DNA of 64,000 nt, taken from positions 32,001-96,000 of the IMG/VR virus record IMGVR_UViG_3300020419_001178; one strand, given 5' to 3'. The notes under the pieces were generated by a model. It worked only from the letters and a program-made list of their open reading frames with translations, did not search any database and had not been told where the DNA came from. Position numbers and translations under genes: made by a program. Positions 28,023 to 42,700 of the stretch are shown in pieces; the first letter of the stretch is position 1, and each line of letters starts with the position of its first letter. The DNA comes from a virus.

Positions 28023-30112
28023 TAGCCGCCAACTCCTGAGTAAATTATATATTTGACTGTCAAGAAAGGATTCAGTACATTAAACGGTGTACCTAATTCT
28101 GTAATATCAAATGTTTCAAATTGTTCCAATCCAGTATTTTGATTGTATGTTATATTTCTTCTATTCAACAATCCTCCTGAAGAAGTTCTAGCTTGACCTG
28201 CCTGGTTACCAGTTGGCGCATCATATATAATTGTATCCGCATCCTGTGGTGTACCACTGTCATCTAGTATGACATAAAATTGTGCGCCTTTAGGCGATCT
28301 TAAATCGTGTTCGTGTTCAGGTAAGTTTTTAACATCAATGGATCTACTTTCAACTCCAGATGCTAATCCAACTGTATCAGCATTTACGTCTGTAACTCTA
28401 TTAGCACTTGTTCCTCCAAGGTTGTCAGCACCTAATGGAAATCTACCTCTAAAGTCTGGTAATCCAAAAAATCCAGAAGCAACTTGGCTTTGATCTTTAA
28501 ATTGAAATTGTACAGCGTTGTATAATGATAGATAATCTGCTATTCTTTTTTCACTTCCATCACATAGTAACCAACCTGCTGGAAGATTAACTCCTCCAAA
28601 CGGCACTATTGTTCCTACAGGAATAACTGGAACACTACTTACTAAAGCACTTTGTGATATCTTAAATACTCCTGTGCTATCCCCAGACACTCTGTTTATT
28701 ATTACTTCATCATCTTGTCTAGGTGCTGTAGCTAAAGTTTTGTTTGCTATAAATGTATTACTAATAGCTGTTGTAAATACTTTAGTTGTTCCGCCAGTAC
28801 TACCGTCAAATGTAATTTGATTTGAACTAACATCTCCAGATAATTGGAAAGTTGATGCTGTAGTTAATTTATTAGCGTTTGCTGATCCACCTGTAACTGT
28901 ACCTGTTACGTTACCAACAATATCTCCTCTAAATTGAACAGCATGTACTGTTTGCCATCTTTTGTCTGATGCTCCTAAATTATATGTTTGCGTAGCACTA
29001 GGTTCTATTGTTCCTGCTGTAGTTGTTCCTGCTATATTAACATTATTTCCTACCCAAAGTTTTTTAGCAATTCCTACGCCACCTGAAATTTTTACTGACC
29101 CTGTTCCAATACTTGTACTATCAGTAGTACCCTGAATGATTAAATTATTACTAGCTTGTATAGAACCACTAACATCTAATGCTTCTGCTGGAGTAATTGT
29201 GTTAATACCTACTTTTTCAGTTGAGTCTATTCTTAATACGTTTTTCTGTAGACCGTCATCGTTTTTAATTTTAAAATCTAATGGAGCACCCTGTGTTTGG
29301 TTTACCATCTGTCCTGTACCGTTACTTACAGCTATATCGATAGTATTAGTTACTCCGATTCTTAAACCTTTATCATTACTAATTATTAATTGTTCATTAG
29401 TAGTACTTGTTACATCACTTCTTAAAAATTTACTTGCCGCAACAGGTAGTTCATTAGCAGATACAACTAAATTTTCTGCTTTTTCACTTGTACCGTAAAA
29501 CTTGCCTATTCCTGCTCCTGATATATTAGCAGTTGATAAATTTAATCCAGGTTGAATAATTGAAAATCCTACAATAGTACTTTTAGGAGAAAATGATCTA
29601 GTTGAATAAATTGCTATAGGATTACCTTGAACTTCAATTTGTAGAACAGTATAATTAACTTCGTCTTTACCAGTAACAGTCGTAGGCTTTGCTCCTGTTA
29701 GCAAACCGTCACTATACTCTGGTCCTACTAGTGTCCAAGCACTTCCTGTAAAAATATATAATTGATTGTTATCTGTGTCAGCCCATAAGTCTCCTGTAAG
29801 TGATGTAGATACAGATGGAGAATTATTACCTTTTTTAAGTCCGCCGGCGTTCACCCATGATGTTCCGTCATAAAGTTTTAACGAATTGACGCCTGTTGTC
29901 GTATCGTACCAAAGTTGACCTTGTATAGGATTTCTTGGTGCTGTTGTATTAGAAAAGTTTTCAAGTATCTTTAAAAAACTTTCGGCGATGACTGAACCGT
30001 AACTTGTTGTATTTCTACCGGGAATGTCCAAACTAGTCGTTTGGTTGATTGTACTATCCTCGATAGATATAGTACCTTTGTTAGTGTCCGAATAATTAAT
30101 TGAGTATGCCAT
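28022..30112 (-). CDS. short tail fibre-like protein with tail-collar domain
   Basis: IPVGTIVPFGG...PAGWLLCDG...LPDFRGRFPLG collar motif; NLPEHEH. Confidence 0.85.
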   Translation of the reverse strand: MAYSINYSDTNKGTISIEDSTINQTTSLDIPGRNTTSYGSVIAESFLKILENFSNTTAPRNPIQGQLWYDTTTGVNSLKLYDGTSWVNAGGLKKGNNSPSVSTSLTGDLWADTDNNQLYIFTGSAWTLVGPEYSDGLLTGAKPTTVTGKDEVNYTVLQIEVQGNPIAIYSTRSFSPKSTIVGFSIIQPGLNLSTANISGAGIGKFYGTSEKAENLVVSANELPVAASKFLRSDVTSTTNEQLIISNDKGLRIGVTNTIDIAVSNGTGQMVNQTQGAPLDFKIKNDDGLQKNVLRIDSTEKVGINTITPAEALDVSGSIQASNNLIIQGTTDSTSIGTGSVKISGGVGIAKKLWVGNNVNIAGTTTAGTIEPSATQTYNLGASDKRWQTVHAVQFRGDIVGNVTGTVTGGSANANKLTTASTFQLSGDVSSNQITFDGSTGGTTKVFTTAISNTFIANKTLATAPRQDDEVIINRVSGDSTGVFKISQSALVSSVPVIPVGTIVPFGGVNLPAGWLLCDGSEKRIADYLSLYNAVQFQFKDQSQVASGFFGLPDFRGRFPLGADNLGGTSANRVTDVNADTVGLASGVESRSIDVKNLPEHEHDLRSPKGAQFYVILDDSGTPQDADTIIYDAPTGNQAGQARTSSGGLLNRRNITYNQNTGLEQFETFDITELGTPFNVLNPFLTVKYIIYSGVGG

Positions 30113-30723
30113 TATTCATTAAATCCTGTCAAGCTCTGTACTCTGACTGTGTAGTCAATTTGTACTAATCTATTTAAACTTTTTTGTACTGGGTGGAAGA
30201 CCACATGCGTAAGTAATCTACCTGTTCCTGATGCGTTGTAACTGACCAGTCCTAGTTCGTCAAATACATACAAACTATTACTATTCGTAGCATTATCAAC
30301 AGCATCTTGTCCTGTTGGTTCACCATAGTCAAGTAAACATGTAACTAATATGTCTGTGTAGTTTGTTCCGCTAACATGTCTTGATTCTATCTTGTTTCTA
30401 GCAGGATCAGTGTTATTAACACTTCTATCATCTACTACTTTAACAAAAGTTTGATTATAAAGACTAGCATTTGTACCTGTGGAATTTGGTGTAAGGTATG
30501 TAATTATACCTGTTGGGTCAATGCTTGTACCACCATTTCCAAATGCCATCTGATATATGAACCCTTCGCCTGCGTTTCCTAAACTTTCAGCTAATGAAAT
30601 ACTCATATTCTCATAATGGATAGCATTACGCTTATCAACAATAATCTCACCATTTGTTGGGTCAAATATCTTGATATGCCCTTGTAAAAGCACCCCGTTA
30701 TTTTCTTTAAAATTGTCTATCAT
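30112..30723 (-). CDS. virion structural protein (baseplate-associated)
   Basis: MAFGNGG, FDELGL, HVVFHPVQKS motifs; ATAAATA at 30742-30748. Confidence 0.7.
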   Translation of the reverse strand: MIDNFKENNGVLLQGHIKIFDPTNGEIIVDKRNAIHYENMSISLAESLGNAGEGFIYQMAFGNGGTSIDPTGIITYLTPNSTGTNASLYNQTFVKVVDDRSVNNTDPARNKIESRHVSGTNYTDILVTCLLDYGEPTGQDAVDNATNSNSLYVFDELGLVSYNASGTGRLLTHVVFHPVQKSLNRLVQIDYTVRVQSLTGFNE

Positions 30724-30744
30724 ATCACTTTCCTACAACTGTAT

Positions 30745-33700
30745 TTATTTTGGTAGCTCCACCTTTTCCGCCTTAAAGAAACGTGCTACCAAACTTTCCG
30801 CATCATTTAAGGATTGTCCGCTTTCTGTCCATAGTGTACCTGTACGCCTAATGACTTGTATTTTAGCTAAATTTGCCGGTGTAGTGGTCAAAGTAAGCTG
30901 ATTTGTAGTGCCATCAACACTAAATTGAGCAGGTGATGTTATATCTGCTTCAGGTGAATCCTGATTTAGTGTAACATCGAACATCTGTATACTATTTTTT
31001 CTTAATCTTTTTCCAGCAACAAAAACTTCAAACTCATTTACTGAGCTAGGAATAAAGGATAATTCAAAAATACTTGTAGAACCGTCACCTACATAGTCTT
31101 CAGTCAATGTAGTATCTGCATATGGTGCTGTTTGCTGTAATCCTTGATTATATACGTCACTACCTGTAAGGTGTACCTCTGGCGCACCTGTTCCAAGTGT
31201 TGCTCTTTGAATTTGTTTCAATACATTACCTTGTTTAATTAAGAATGTTATTCTTTCTCCGTTAATGAATAAGATACCTGGTATTCCGCTATTTTTATCC
31301 GGAGCACTAATTGTAGTAGCATCAACTAGCAAGATTTGTTTATCTGTGACTTTTAAATCTTCAGCAAGTTTCAACGGAGCAACATCACCTAATCTTTTAT
31401 AGATATTTCTATTTAATATATCCTTAAATTGACTAAAGCCAAATTTAGGTGCTATAGGTCCATCTGAACTGTATTGTATTACTTCTACTACATCGTTGTC
31501 TGATAAAATACCTTCATACTTAACAAAGTTTTTATCATCTGTCAAGTAGTAGTCAACACTAGGAGTTTGTAGTTCTCCGTTAACAATAAACCAAATATAT
31601 TGAGCATCAATAGCAGGCTTACGTAATTGTACTAATCCTGCCTTTAAGTGATTGTATTGTATATGGTCTTCGCTTCCAACACTTAAGGTTGATCTTGCTA
31701 TGACATCAAAGTTTTGTCTTTCAAAATCCTGAATATCGTGTTTGCTATATGTAGTGATTTTTACTGTTTCTCCAATAGTAGGCGCAACATCTAGTTTCAG
31801 CACACCTGGTGTTTCTACCCAAGTATTTTGATTGTTAATTACTTCAACTGCTCCAAAAGCATATTCACCATCTGTTCTAATATACACTTCTAAAATATCG
31901 CCTGGTTGTCCTATTCCAGGTTCAAGTATAATACTACTATTAGCTGGACGTATATTAAATTCTGTAGCAATTTTTAATTCAGTTCCGTTTAATGTTGCTA
32001 ATACATTTGAGTTATCAAAACTTCCAATTGGTGTCTGCCAAATTTCTAAGAAATATTCTGACACACCAGTTTGTACTGTGTATTGCTGATTGTATCCAGC
32101 GTTAAGTATTTTATTACCTACTTGAACTACAACATTATGCGTATGAGGAATAGAAGAGTAAGGTGTTTTTTCTAATGTAAAGTTAACCGTACTTCCGTCT
32201 CCTGTAAATTCTTGTGTTTCTATTTTACTGTAGCTTTGTACCTTATCATATACAGCAAAATTAATAACGCTTCCGTCTCTAGGCGCTTGACCAAATACTA
32301 TCACTGCTTTTGTATCTTGTACTGAACTATCTTCACTTGCTACTAATACAGAATCTACTTCTTTTCCATTCACAGTAGCAATGTAATCTAATTTCGTAGT
32401 CCAATGAGCTTTTGTTCTAAACTGTGTTGTACATCCATCACCTATAAATTCATCGAACTCAACTACGCTTTCACCATTACCGCTTACACTAATTAAATTT
32501 ACAGCAGTACCGTTACTAGGAGCAGTGGTAAATCTTACTTTCTTATTTTTATAATCTACAGTATATGAAGTAGGAGATTGAATTACTTTATTCAATCTAA
32601 TATATAATCCATTTTCACTTTGTGGCTGTATTCCAAATCCAAATTCTGTCTGTATACCATCTGCGTTGTAACAATTACTACTTAATAAACTACCACCTTT
32701 ATCTGGTCTATGAAATACTTTGATGTCCACAGTATCAAGTACCTGTCCAGGAACTTGTTCTTCAGGTCCTTTTGAAGTTGTAGGAGTAACAAAACCGTCA
32801 CCATCAATTATTATTTCTTCCGGATTTATTCCTTTAGCTGTACTAAACTGTAAATCACCACCACTTAAAATTGTATCATAAGATCTAGGATCAGGTAAGA
32901 AAGATCCATCTGATGTTGTTTTTCTAAATACTACAACATCGTTAGCAACAAATTTTTGTATATCATTTGTAATTGTAATTGTTGTTTGTGTTCCGTCACC
33001 TGTGATACTCTGTAAAACAGCATTTACATTATTTTGTGACGCTGTGCCAAAATTAGGATCATCTATTCTTTTTCCATTTAGGTAAACATTATATACTGCT
33101 CCGTTTTCTAAAGGTTTACTTAAAGTAAATACCTCAGTGCTACCATCCATTTGAAATATCTCGTCATCAAATGTAGTATCAAATGTGTCATAGGTTGTTG
33201 TAAACCATCCATCTGAATCCCAACCTGTACCTGTTCCAAAACTATAACTGCTTACTTCTACTCCACCGTAGTCTACACCGTCTAAGATTTGCCCTAAATC
33301 ATTTCCATACATACCTGTTACAGGATTATAGTAAAAATTAATTCTATCTTGTGCTTGTAATAATTCTGCTGACTTGTTATATTTTATTACAACACTTTTA
33401 CTTGCTGTTTGAGGTTCAGTAAAGAATATTCTTCCATACTTTCTCAAATAACCTTTTGTACTATCTGATTTATTTTCAAATGTATATTCGCTTCTCAAAG
33501 CTTCTAGCCCATCAACTGTAACAATTATTTGTGTGTTTTTAAGTTGCATTGGCCATTTCAAATCAAATATCTGCTGATTAGATCCAGTTGTAAATGTTTC
33601 AGTAGTAGATAGTTGTGTAAACAAATATGTTCCTGTAACTCTATCAAATTTACATCTTAAATGAGTAGATCTAGCTTTACCTCCACCTAGTACAGGACTT

Positions 33701-36700
33701 AATCTAGCTACAGTCCCGCCATCTTGTAAAGATCCTTCTAAAGTAATTGTTGGTTGTGAAAGATACCCTGATCCAGTATTTGTTACTTTTACAGCATTAA
33801 TTTTTCCATCACCGCCTAAAAATGCTACAGCTTTAGCTCCACTTCCTCCGCCGCCGGTAATTTTGATTATAGGAGCATCTAAGTATCCTGATCCTGTATC
33901 TGCTATGTTAAGACTTTGTAATTCAAATCCTACATTTTCTGCCCAATGCTTACTAGGATACTTTGTAATTTCTGAAAATCCAGAAACAATCTCATCATTT
34001 ACTACCTGTACGGATTGAGGAGTAATCTTTCCATCAGCTTCGTTATAAACAGTTGGTAGATCAAAGTCTGTGACCACAGTTGAAGTCGGATCTGTTTTTT
34101 CATATGAACTTAAATATTCTCTTACTTTGGTTCTATAAGGCTTCACTTCATTTATATAAGATTCGTAACTTGGAAGACTATCATTTTTAAAAGTAATACG
34201 TTGCTCTAATTCTCCAACGTTGTGTTTTGCTTTTATAAAGCTAGTTTTAAAAGCCCAGTCTACTGCTGGTTGTTCAGCAAATACATAACGTAAAGAAGCA
34301 AAGAAACATTCATTCCAATTTTTTAATAAATCTGCTACGAATATTTTATTTTCTAGTATGCCAATTATTAATCGCATCTCAGCAACAGGTTCTGTGTCGT
34401 AAAATATTTTGTCAAAACCGCTTCCGTCATAAGCAATATTTTCATTTGACACATCGTACAATGAATTTTTAAATTCTATGGTTCCGTTTTGCCTACCTAT
34501 AGTTTTGTAGTTTACTGTATAATCTTCTGTATCTTGATCATCTTCTTTTTCTAGTAATAACCATCCACCGGTTCCTACATTGTTAATTTTTACAACATCA
34601 CCTATTTTATCTTCAAGTCCATATAATTGGTAACTACTTGAAATAGTATAATTTATAGGTGTAAAAATATTGTAATTAGTTTCGTACCAATCTATATACT
34701 GCCAATAAGCATTTACATCATATGCTTGTGTAAGTGTTCTTAACCATTCTGTTCCGTCCCAAGCAAATACAGCCCATTTACCGCCTACAGTTTCATCTGT
34801 CTTAACTAATACGCTAAACTTTCTTACTTCGATAGTAGGTGCTACGTAGTTTGTTCCTCCGTTAATAATGTTTACAGAAGCAATACTACCATCAGCTCCT
34901 AGAACAAAACGTAACTCTGCTCCTGTTCCTGTAGTATCTGTTACTTTATATGTTGGAGGATTTATGTACCCTTTTCCAGCATCATTTATAAGAACATTTA
35001 TAATAGTTCCGTTTTCAATTTCTAATGTAAGATTAGCTTGTTTGACGTTAGCAACACTAATAAAACCTAATTCCGCAAAAGTATCAGATGTAGTGTCGTA
35101 AGTTCCTGAAACATTAGATGGTCTTGGATCAATTTGTGTAAGTCCTGATAGATCTTTGTTATCAACGATAAGTTGTGATTTGAGTATTTTGTTTACTCTT
35201 TCAATGAACTGTTTTCTAGCTTCTGTTCTGTTTACAAACCAACTTTGTCTTGGATCGTTTAAGTTTCCATATCTCTGTCTAATAGGCAAATCAACATCTG
35301 GAACTGGTCTATCGTTAACGTCAAATCCGACCAAACTGTCAATCCATTTTTGTTTAATAGTGTTGTTAGGAATACTAGTTTCTAATCCATCGGAAATAAT
35401 TTGATATTCATTATGAACGTTTTGTTCTTGGTTATCAATTGTCCACCAATTAAATGTTATTCCTACATCTTTATCTTTTATAAGACTAGCACAATTATAT
35501 AAAGAAAATCTATTATTTCCTAAAGGTGCTACAAATCTCACACCCTGTTGTGCCGGACTAGATATTAATCTAGCAACATCGAATGCCGAAGCTTTTCTTG
35601 TTGTATCAGTTGGCAATGTTGCTTTGTCTTTTACCCAATAATAATATTTGTTAGAAAATGTTTGTGAAGCACTATCATATAACCTTCTAGAACTATATGC
35701 TGTATCTCCGTATTTTGTAGTGCCACTTATTCCATCTGTGAGTCCTGCTTCTGTACCTGTCTGTGCGTCCCATTCGCTTGGTAATAATGTGCTTTCTACC
35801 CATTCATATACGTCTACAGTAGTACCTGAGAATAGTGTGTTGAAATTAGCAGTAGATTCTAATATGTCTCCTTGATGATGATTGATAAATCTAGCACTTC
35901 CGATATCCCACCAAATTTTTCCAACCCATTTTTCTGCTGTATAATCCAACGTATCAAGCGAAGTTCCTGTTGCTGTGCTAACACTATATTTCGCAGGATC
36001 ATAAGAAACTTTGAAAGTAATTTCCTGTTCAGCTGTTCCGGCTATTTTTCCTTGTAATGGATCTATGTAATCTAAATAAGTTACTAAACTATTAGTTGTT
36101 TTGTCAAAAAGATTAATACCTTTGAGTTTGCTTACATCAATTGGAATAATTGGTTGTCTACCAACTGACCAAGAAGTAGCATTGACCGGTTTTCTATATT
36201 CAGCAACAAGTCCTTTATCAATAGTATTATTAGAAAGTATTTGTTGTTTAGGTAAACCTAAATATACATGATTATCCTTGACCACCATAATACTTCCAAA
36301 GTCTTGTGTATCTTTATCGTAAGCAAAATCCTGTCCATATAATAATGTATCGTTTACTGTTTCATAAATGCTTACTAATCCGCTGTCGTTATCAATAACT
36401 TTAAATGGTGTGTTGCCATTATCAAAAATTGTTGTGTCTTTATCTAACGTAGTAACTCTTTCAAGGTCCCCACCTCTTGAAGCTATAGCTAGTGTATTAC
36501 CATCAAAGTCAAGTTTGCTTCCAAATCTTGTGTTAGAAGTTCTATCAATAGGTCTTAGTGTTTGATTTAAAGCAAAGTTACCGTCTGTACCTTGAATGTA
36601 AATATAAACTGCTCCGCCTCTAATATCTCTTGTGCTATTTTCAGGAGCACCTACAGCAATCTTCTTTCCATCATTTGAAATTGCTATTGATTGTCCCCAA

Positions 36701-39700
36701 TTTTCAGTTATATCTTGTGTTTCTATAATTTGTGAATATTGATAATGGTCGCCGCTCTTTCTATACACAACAATTTTTCTGTTAGGAACACTACTATCAT
36801 CTGCGTTTAAATATCTTGCTGTTGATATTAATACATTTCCGTCGGTACTAACATCAAAGTCACGTCCAAATTCTTCTAAGAATTTTTGTTCTAGCGTACT
36901 TTCAGTTATACTAAAGTTTGTATCATTTGGAACGTATCCTAGTAAATCAACTCCACTATTAATTGTTTCCCATAAATTAAGATTAAATGCTCCAGGAACA
37001 GTATTAGTTTTAGCTTTGTAAATTGTTTCGCCTACTCTTACTAAATCGTTTGTAAAGTATGTAGAAGCTGTACTAAAAGTTCCTCTATAATCATTATCAT
37101 TGGATAAGACAAAATCATCTGTGGCGGACTTATCAAATATATAAATTCTACCTTCATTCAGTTCTGTTTTATCACCTGCGGCTGAAACAAATAATTTGTA
37201 TGTATCAGTGCCTGTTTTTGTAAATCTTATTTTGCTTCCAAGCCTTCTGTTTGGTGCTGAATTTGGAACAGTATAGTAACCCTTTAAAGAAAACGTTAAT
37301 TCTTTTCTTTCATATATAGCAAACGTTCCTTCGTTATCAAACGTTGAACTATATCCAGAAGTGCTTAATGGTATATTATAAACTCTATTCCAATCTAAGT
37401 TTAATGGTCCTGGAGGATTAGCAGAATCCTCAACTCCGTTCACTACTTTTGTATTATAGATCCAATATTCTCTATCCTGTAAAAATATAGCAGTTCCTAC
37501 TTGTATGTTTTCTGACTTGTCTACAACTAACATTACTCCAGCTGTAGTATTTTCTAAATGCGAACTACTAATAGGACCTATTGTTCTAACAGTACTATCA
37601 TTCTCAACAAAAGTCATGTTAGAAGATTCATTAAAATCTACACCTTTACTGAAAGTTCCGTTTCTATTTTTTAAATATATTCTTATTGTCGCAAATTCTC
37701 TTTGAATATATGCAACCTCAGCTGTACTTCCTGTTGTTGAGCAAGTTACAGTATCGCCTATTTGTGGTAAGAAAGGATCACCATTAAGATCAAAGTTAGT
37801 AAGTCTTACGATACAGAAACCATTCCATATATCAGACACAGTATGTTCAGTATTATTTAGGTAACTAAAACTTAAATTTAAAACTGGTTCAGGATCTTGC
37901 CTAGTTCCACTATTATATAAAGTGTTAGCCCACATTCTAAATTTGTCCCCAACTTGGTAAGTGGATCCATGTTGTAATTCTGTTCTCACAAACCATCTTG
38001 TGTCAATTACATTTGATGATGTTGCGCCATTATAATAACTCAAAATACCATAAAAAGAATTCCTAGCAGGCTCTGTAGTTAATTGCTGTGTGCTAATATC
38101 AAGTATATTTGTAAAAGGACTAGGTGTACTTGGAGCACCTTCTTCTGCTAAAGTTAAATCTTGTATTACTAAATTAGGATTGGTTTCTATAAGATTCGTT
38201 GTGCTAAAATTACTACCAACTGCTATTTGCCACCAACCTGTATGATAATCATCTCCGATATGATTTACAGTTGTAAATGAACCAACAGTTACATTGTTTC
38301 TAGTGACTGTTCCTGAAGTTTGTAATTCTCCGTTTACATTATTTAAATACAGAATCATCTTATTATCAGAATCTATAAATCTATATGCTACTGTTGCTCT
38401 AGCTGTTTCTGTTGTAATTTCATCTCCTACATCAGGCACATCAAGGGCACTAATAACTTCTATAACCATCTTAACCTTGTTTACAATGACATGATTTCCA
38501 TTTATAAATGTTTCGTTTATTACATTGTCATTGTTAAATGGACCTATACCAGCTAATGCTCCAGTTTTGTATCTATTCCATTTTAAAGTTAATATATCTC
38601 CAGGTTTCGAAGCTTCCCATTGTTGTGTTTCTGCTCTTACTAAAATATGGTCTGTACTAGCATCAGGCATACTATGGTTACCACGCATCATGTAAACCAC
38701 TGTTGGATATCCTTGTGTGTTTACATCGTAATCATTCTCAGCGGCCTGAGCATTAGAAGCATGACTTATACAACTTTGTATTGCCTGTGATTCTATTACT
38801 CTATCTGCTTGCCAAAGCTGTTCCTTGTATAGTACAACATCACCTTTAATGTAAGCAGTTTGATTATTGTAATCACCTTTCAATAAACTTTTAGTGTTAG
38901 ACGCTTCTGGTGAACCAACAGCTAACCATTTACCGTCTGGACTTAATGCGGCACTGGTTCCAAATCCGCCGTTTTGATCAAAGTAAAAGGCATCTTCATC
39001 TATCTGTTGTAAAAGATTATAATCAGTAGCTTCACTTGGTCTATTGTAAATGTATACACTTCCGTTTAGATCTTTAGGAGCTGTTATAGACATTAAATTA
39101 TTTTGATCATTTACGCTTATACTTGATCCAAAGTCTTTTTGGGTACTATCTAATAATCCTGCTGTGGTGTTAACAATATTAGGTTTTAATTCATAAACTT
39201 GTTTATAATTTAAGACAAGCCAGTTACCGTTATCATCGTCGTCTATCCATATTCTATCAGTATTAAGATTTTCACTACCTATTGAAAATGATCTTGAACC
39301 TTCACCTTTGATATTATTGTTAGCCTCACTTAATTTACTTAACCTAACGTTTTTAAATCTAGTAACAAATCCGTTTGCTGAAGCTGTAGCTGTTATATTC
39401 TTAGTAGATGGATGTTCTAAAGTAATTACGTTTAAAGATGTTGATTTTACTTTGTAATATCCGTCAGTATCTGTATCTATATCGTTTACAGCAATTATAT
39501 CTCCTGCTTCAAAATCAGTAGCTACGTTTAGAGTAATAGTAAAACTATTATCAGTAGTATCAGTTGTGCTTTTAATTTTATAATCTGTAGGAATGTATTT
39601 GTATACTCCCCAAGTTTTTTGTGACTTGTCTATCGCTGTCCAAACATAATCGCCACCTTTTAAATTTCCTAAAGTCTGTGTGCTTAGGTCTGTGTAATTT

Positions 39701-42700
39701 AATATTTGTAAATTAACATCTAATGGATTAACATATCCTGCGGATTTAACAAACATAGTTTCGTCTGAATAATATTTTGTAGGAAACGGCTTATGATCAT
39801 AATTTTTTGATTTAGCGTATACACCATTTCTGTTTAATCTATAAACTAAACTAGTGTCTTTTGGATTTACTTCATCAACCAATTCTACAGGTTGGGGTTC
39901 TAATCTATATTTCTCTTCATCAAAAAGTAATTCAAATTGATCGTTACCTTCTGTTGCTCCATAACGCCCAGTCCTGATTGCCCATTCTTCGTAATACTCA
40001 ATACTATCTTTGTTAGCACTACCTAATTTATCAAACAGTTTGTTAAGAACATTTCTGGTACCTTTGTCCTGTACCATTCCTTGATAGAATTTGTATTGAC
40101 TCACGTCATCTGGAATAATATTTTCTAAATATTTCCTCTTTTGATAACCAATCATATGTTGAGCAAGACGCTGTTGTTCAGAGTCAAAATTATCACTATC
40201 TAAATCGTAAAAATCTGCAAACTGTCTAGCTTTGTAATCAAGATTAGGAAGTAAAGTTTGTTCAGGTTTTTCATCTAACAAAACAAAATCTTTAGCATTA
40301 AACGTTTGTGTGCCTGACACATTAGACTTTGCTACATAATAAAATTCTTTGTGTTGTATTATGTCTCCTATCTTATAATCTTGATAGGAAGTCCATACAT
40401 TAACAAAAGCATCATCAAAAACAAATCCAGGAACATTTAACGATCCATTCCATTCATCTGATCGATAACCTTTTACTTTTAATCTTTCTTGTCTATATCC
40501 TTGTGGTCGGTTATAAATTACATCATTAAATACTGTAGAATTATCCAAAACTAATGCATGTTCTGTTTGAACTACAGGAACCTTTAGATGATATATTCCT
40601 TGGTCTGTGTTTTTGACATATATACCAAACTCATTTGTGTTATCTCTTTCTGTTGTTGCAAAGTCAGCAAGTAGTCTTTTGCCGTCTGCTTGTAACAAAC
40701 TGTAATCATAAAAGTTGTCATATATGTCATCTACTACTGTATAAGGTTTTTCAAAGTATACTTGTCTAGCCGAAGGACTTATAGTTAATACAGCACCATC
40801 TTCCCAATTTTGTGTTGACCAAAACATAAATTCTTTAGCACTTAACGCCCAGTTTTCTATTTCTTCTAAATCTTTGTTAAAAGTGTTAAACTTAAATCCA
40901 ACTGACATTAAATACTTTTCGTATCCTAGTATTAAATCTACTACGCCTTGGATGTCAGAATACACAGCACCATAATTAATTTTTTCTAGTGTTGTGTTAA
41001 AGGTTTTTGAGAAAAAGGCATCTGCTCCTCCTTCCGCAGGAAGTTTTTCTAATCTAGTAAAAAAGTCTAAATCAATTGCTCCGCCGGAAGTGTGACCAGT
41101 CTTAGTTCTAAAAAACACTCCAGCATTTTCTACAATTTGTCCGATACTATAAGTTTGTCCTGTATCAAATGTTACAAACTCTTCACTTATGCCTCCAACG
41201 TTTACTAAATTATCATTTTGTTTTCTAATTACTGGAAAAGTATTAAAGTAGGGTCTATCTTTATCATATCCCTTTACAATAAATCCTGATGGTATTTTTT
41301 CTATGACAATACCACTGTAAGAATATACCTCTAATGGTATACTTTTTGTAAGCACAAGATTATAGTTTTCTTCAGGAACAAATATATTTCCTTCATTATT
41401 CGGATTTCTACTATCAAGTATAAGTCTGAACTTATCTTTTTGTGTAAATCCTCCTATCTTGTGACCTAATTTATTTTCTAAATTAGCTAACCTACTTTTG
41501 TATGTTTTAAATGTAATATCTTCGTTACCTATCAAATAACCTTGCATATAGTTAACAAGTCCTGATGTAAACACTCTCGTTGTATCACTAGGTATGTTTG
41601 GAAATTTGATATCTGCTAAACTTATTCGTTTACTAGTTTCGGTATAAACTAATTGTCCTGCTAAATTTCTTGCTATTCTACTTCTATCAAACGCAACACC
41701 AAAAAGCTGTGCTGGTTGTCTTAGCATCCAAGCTCTTATAAATGCAAATGGATAGTGAGCACTTCTTCTCCACGCAGTTTCTACGGGACCTTCGTCACCG
41801 AACTTAAAATTGTCATCGTAATTACTAGCTATACCACCTCGTAAATATCCCGAAGATACAGGATCTAAAAGATTTCCTTGGCTGTCTACAGGAATATATT
41901 TTGTTAAATCTTGTATCTTAAATTTTCGTCTATATTCAATTTTTTTATTTGGTTCTCTTACTATACCTTTTTCTAAATCCTGCCAAAGTGAAAGGTTGTT
42001 ACTTGTATAAGGAGCAGGACCATATGTACTATCAAACCAAGCTGGCTTAATCTTTAAACCTAAACATTCCCAAGGATGTGTATGTGGTCTATCAGTATTA
42101 AGATAATCTTTATAAATTGCTCTCCAACTACCTGGCACAGTAATGTTATTAGGATCACCATGTTTGTAAAAATTAATACTAAAATTATTTCCTACTTTGT
42201 AGTAACTATTTGTAGTGTAATCTGGATTACCAACAGTTTCTAACCAACGGTTAAAATCAGCTATCATTACATCAGCTGTTTTAAATCTATCAAATGCTGT
42301 AGGTTGTGATTTGGTATTTAAAAAATCTTGTATATTGATTATTGATTCATCATACTCTATCTTAATATTATTGAAGATTCTTTTTTCAAGATCTAATAAA
42401 AGTTCGTCTCTATAATCTCCATAACAACGCCAAATTGATCCATCGTGTCCTTGTATTACAGGCTGTGCTGAAGGCCATTCTTCAAATTCATTTGGATCGT
42501 TAGTAGCATGGTTCATTGAATTTGACGGCATAAACCAAATTTTGTTGTCTCCAGCAAAGATATGTGTATGAGCTAACCCTGTTCCGCCATTAGCTTTATC
42601 ATATGCTTGGGCGGATACTTCGTCAGTAAATAAAGGAAAAAACCATCCTACTTTATTTTTATAAGACTTAGTTGTTGTTTCGTCTCTTCCATAAATTTTC

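Noticed and set aside
24680-30112. Diversity-generating retroelement acting on fibre genes
   Set aside because: No reverse transcriptase and no template/variable repeat pair was seen in this window
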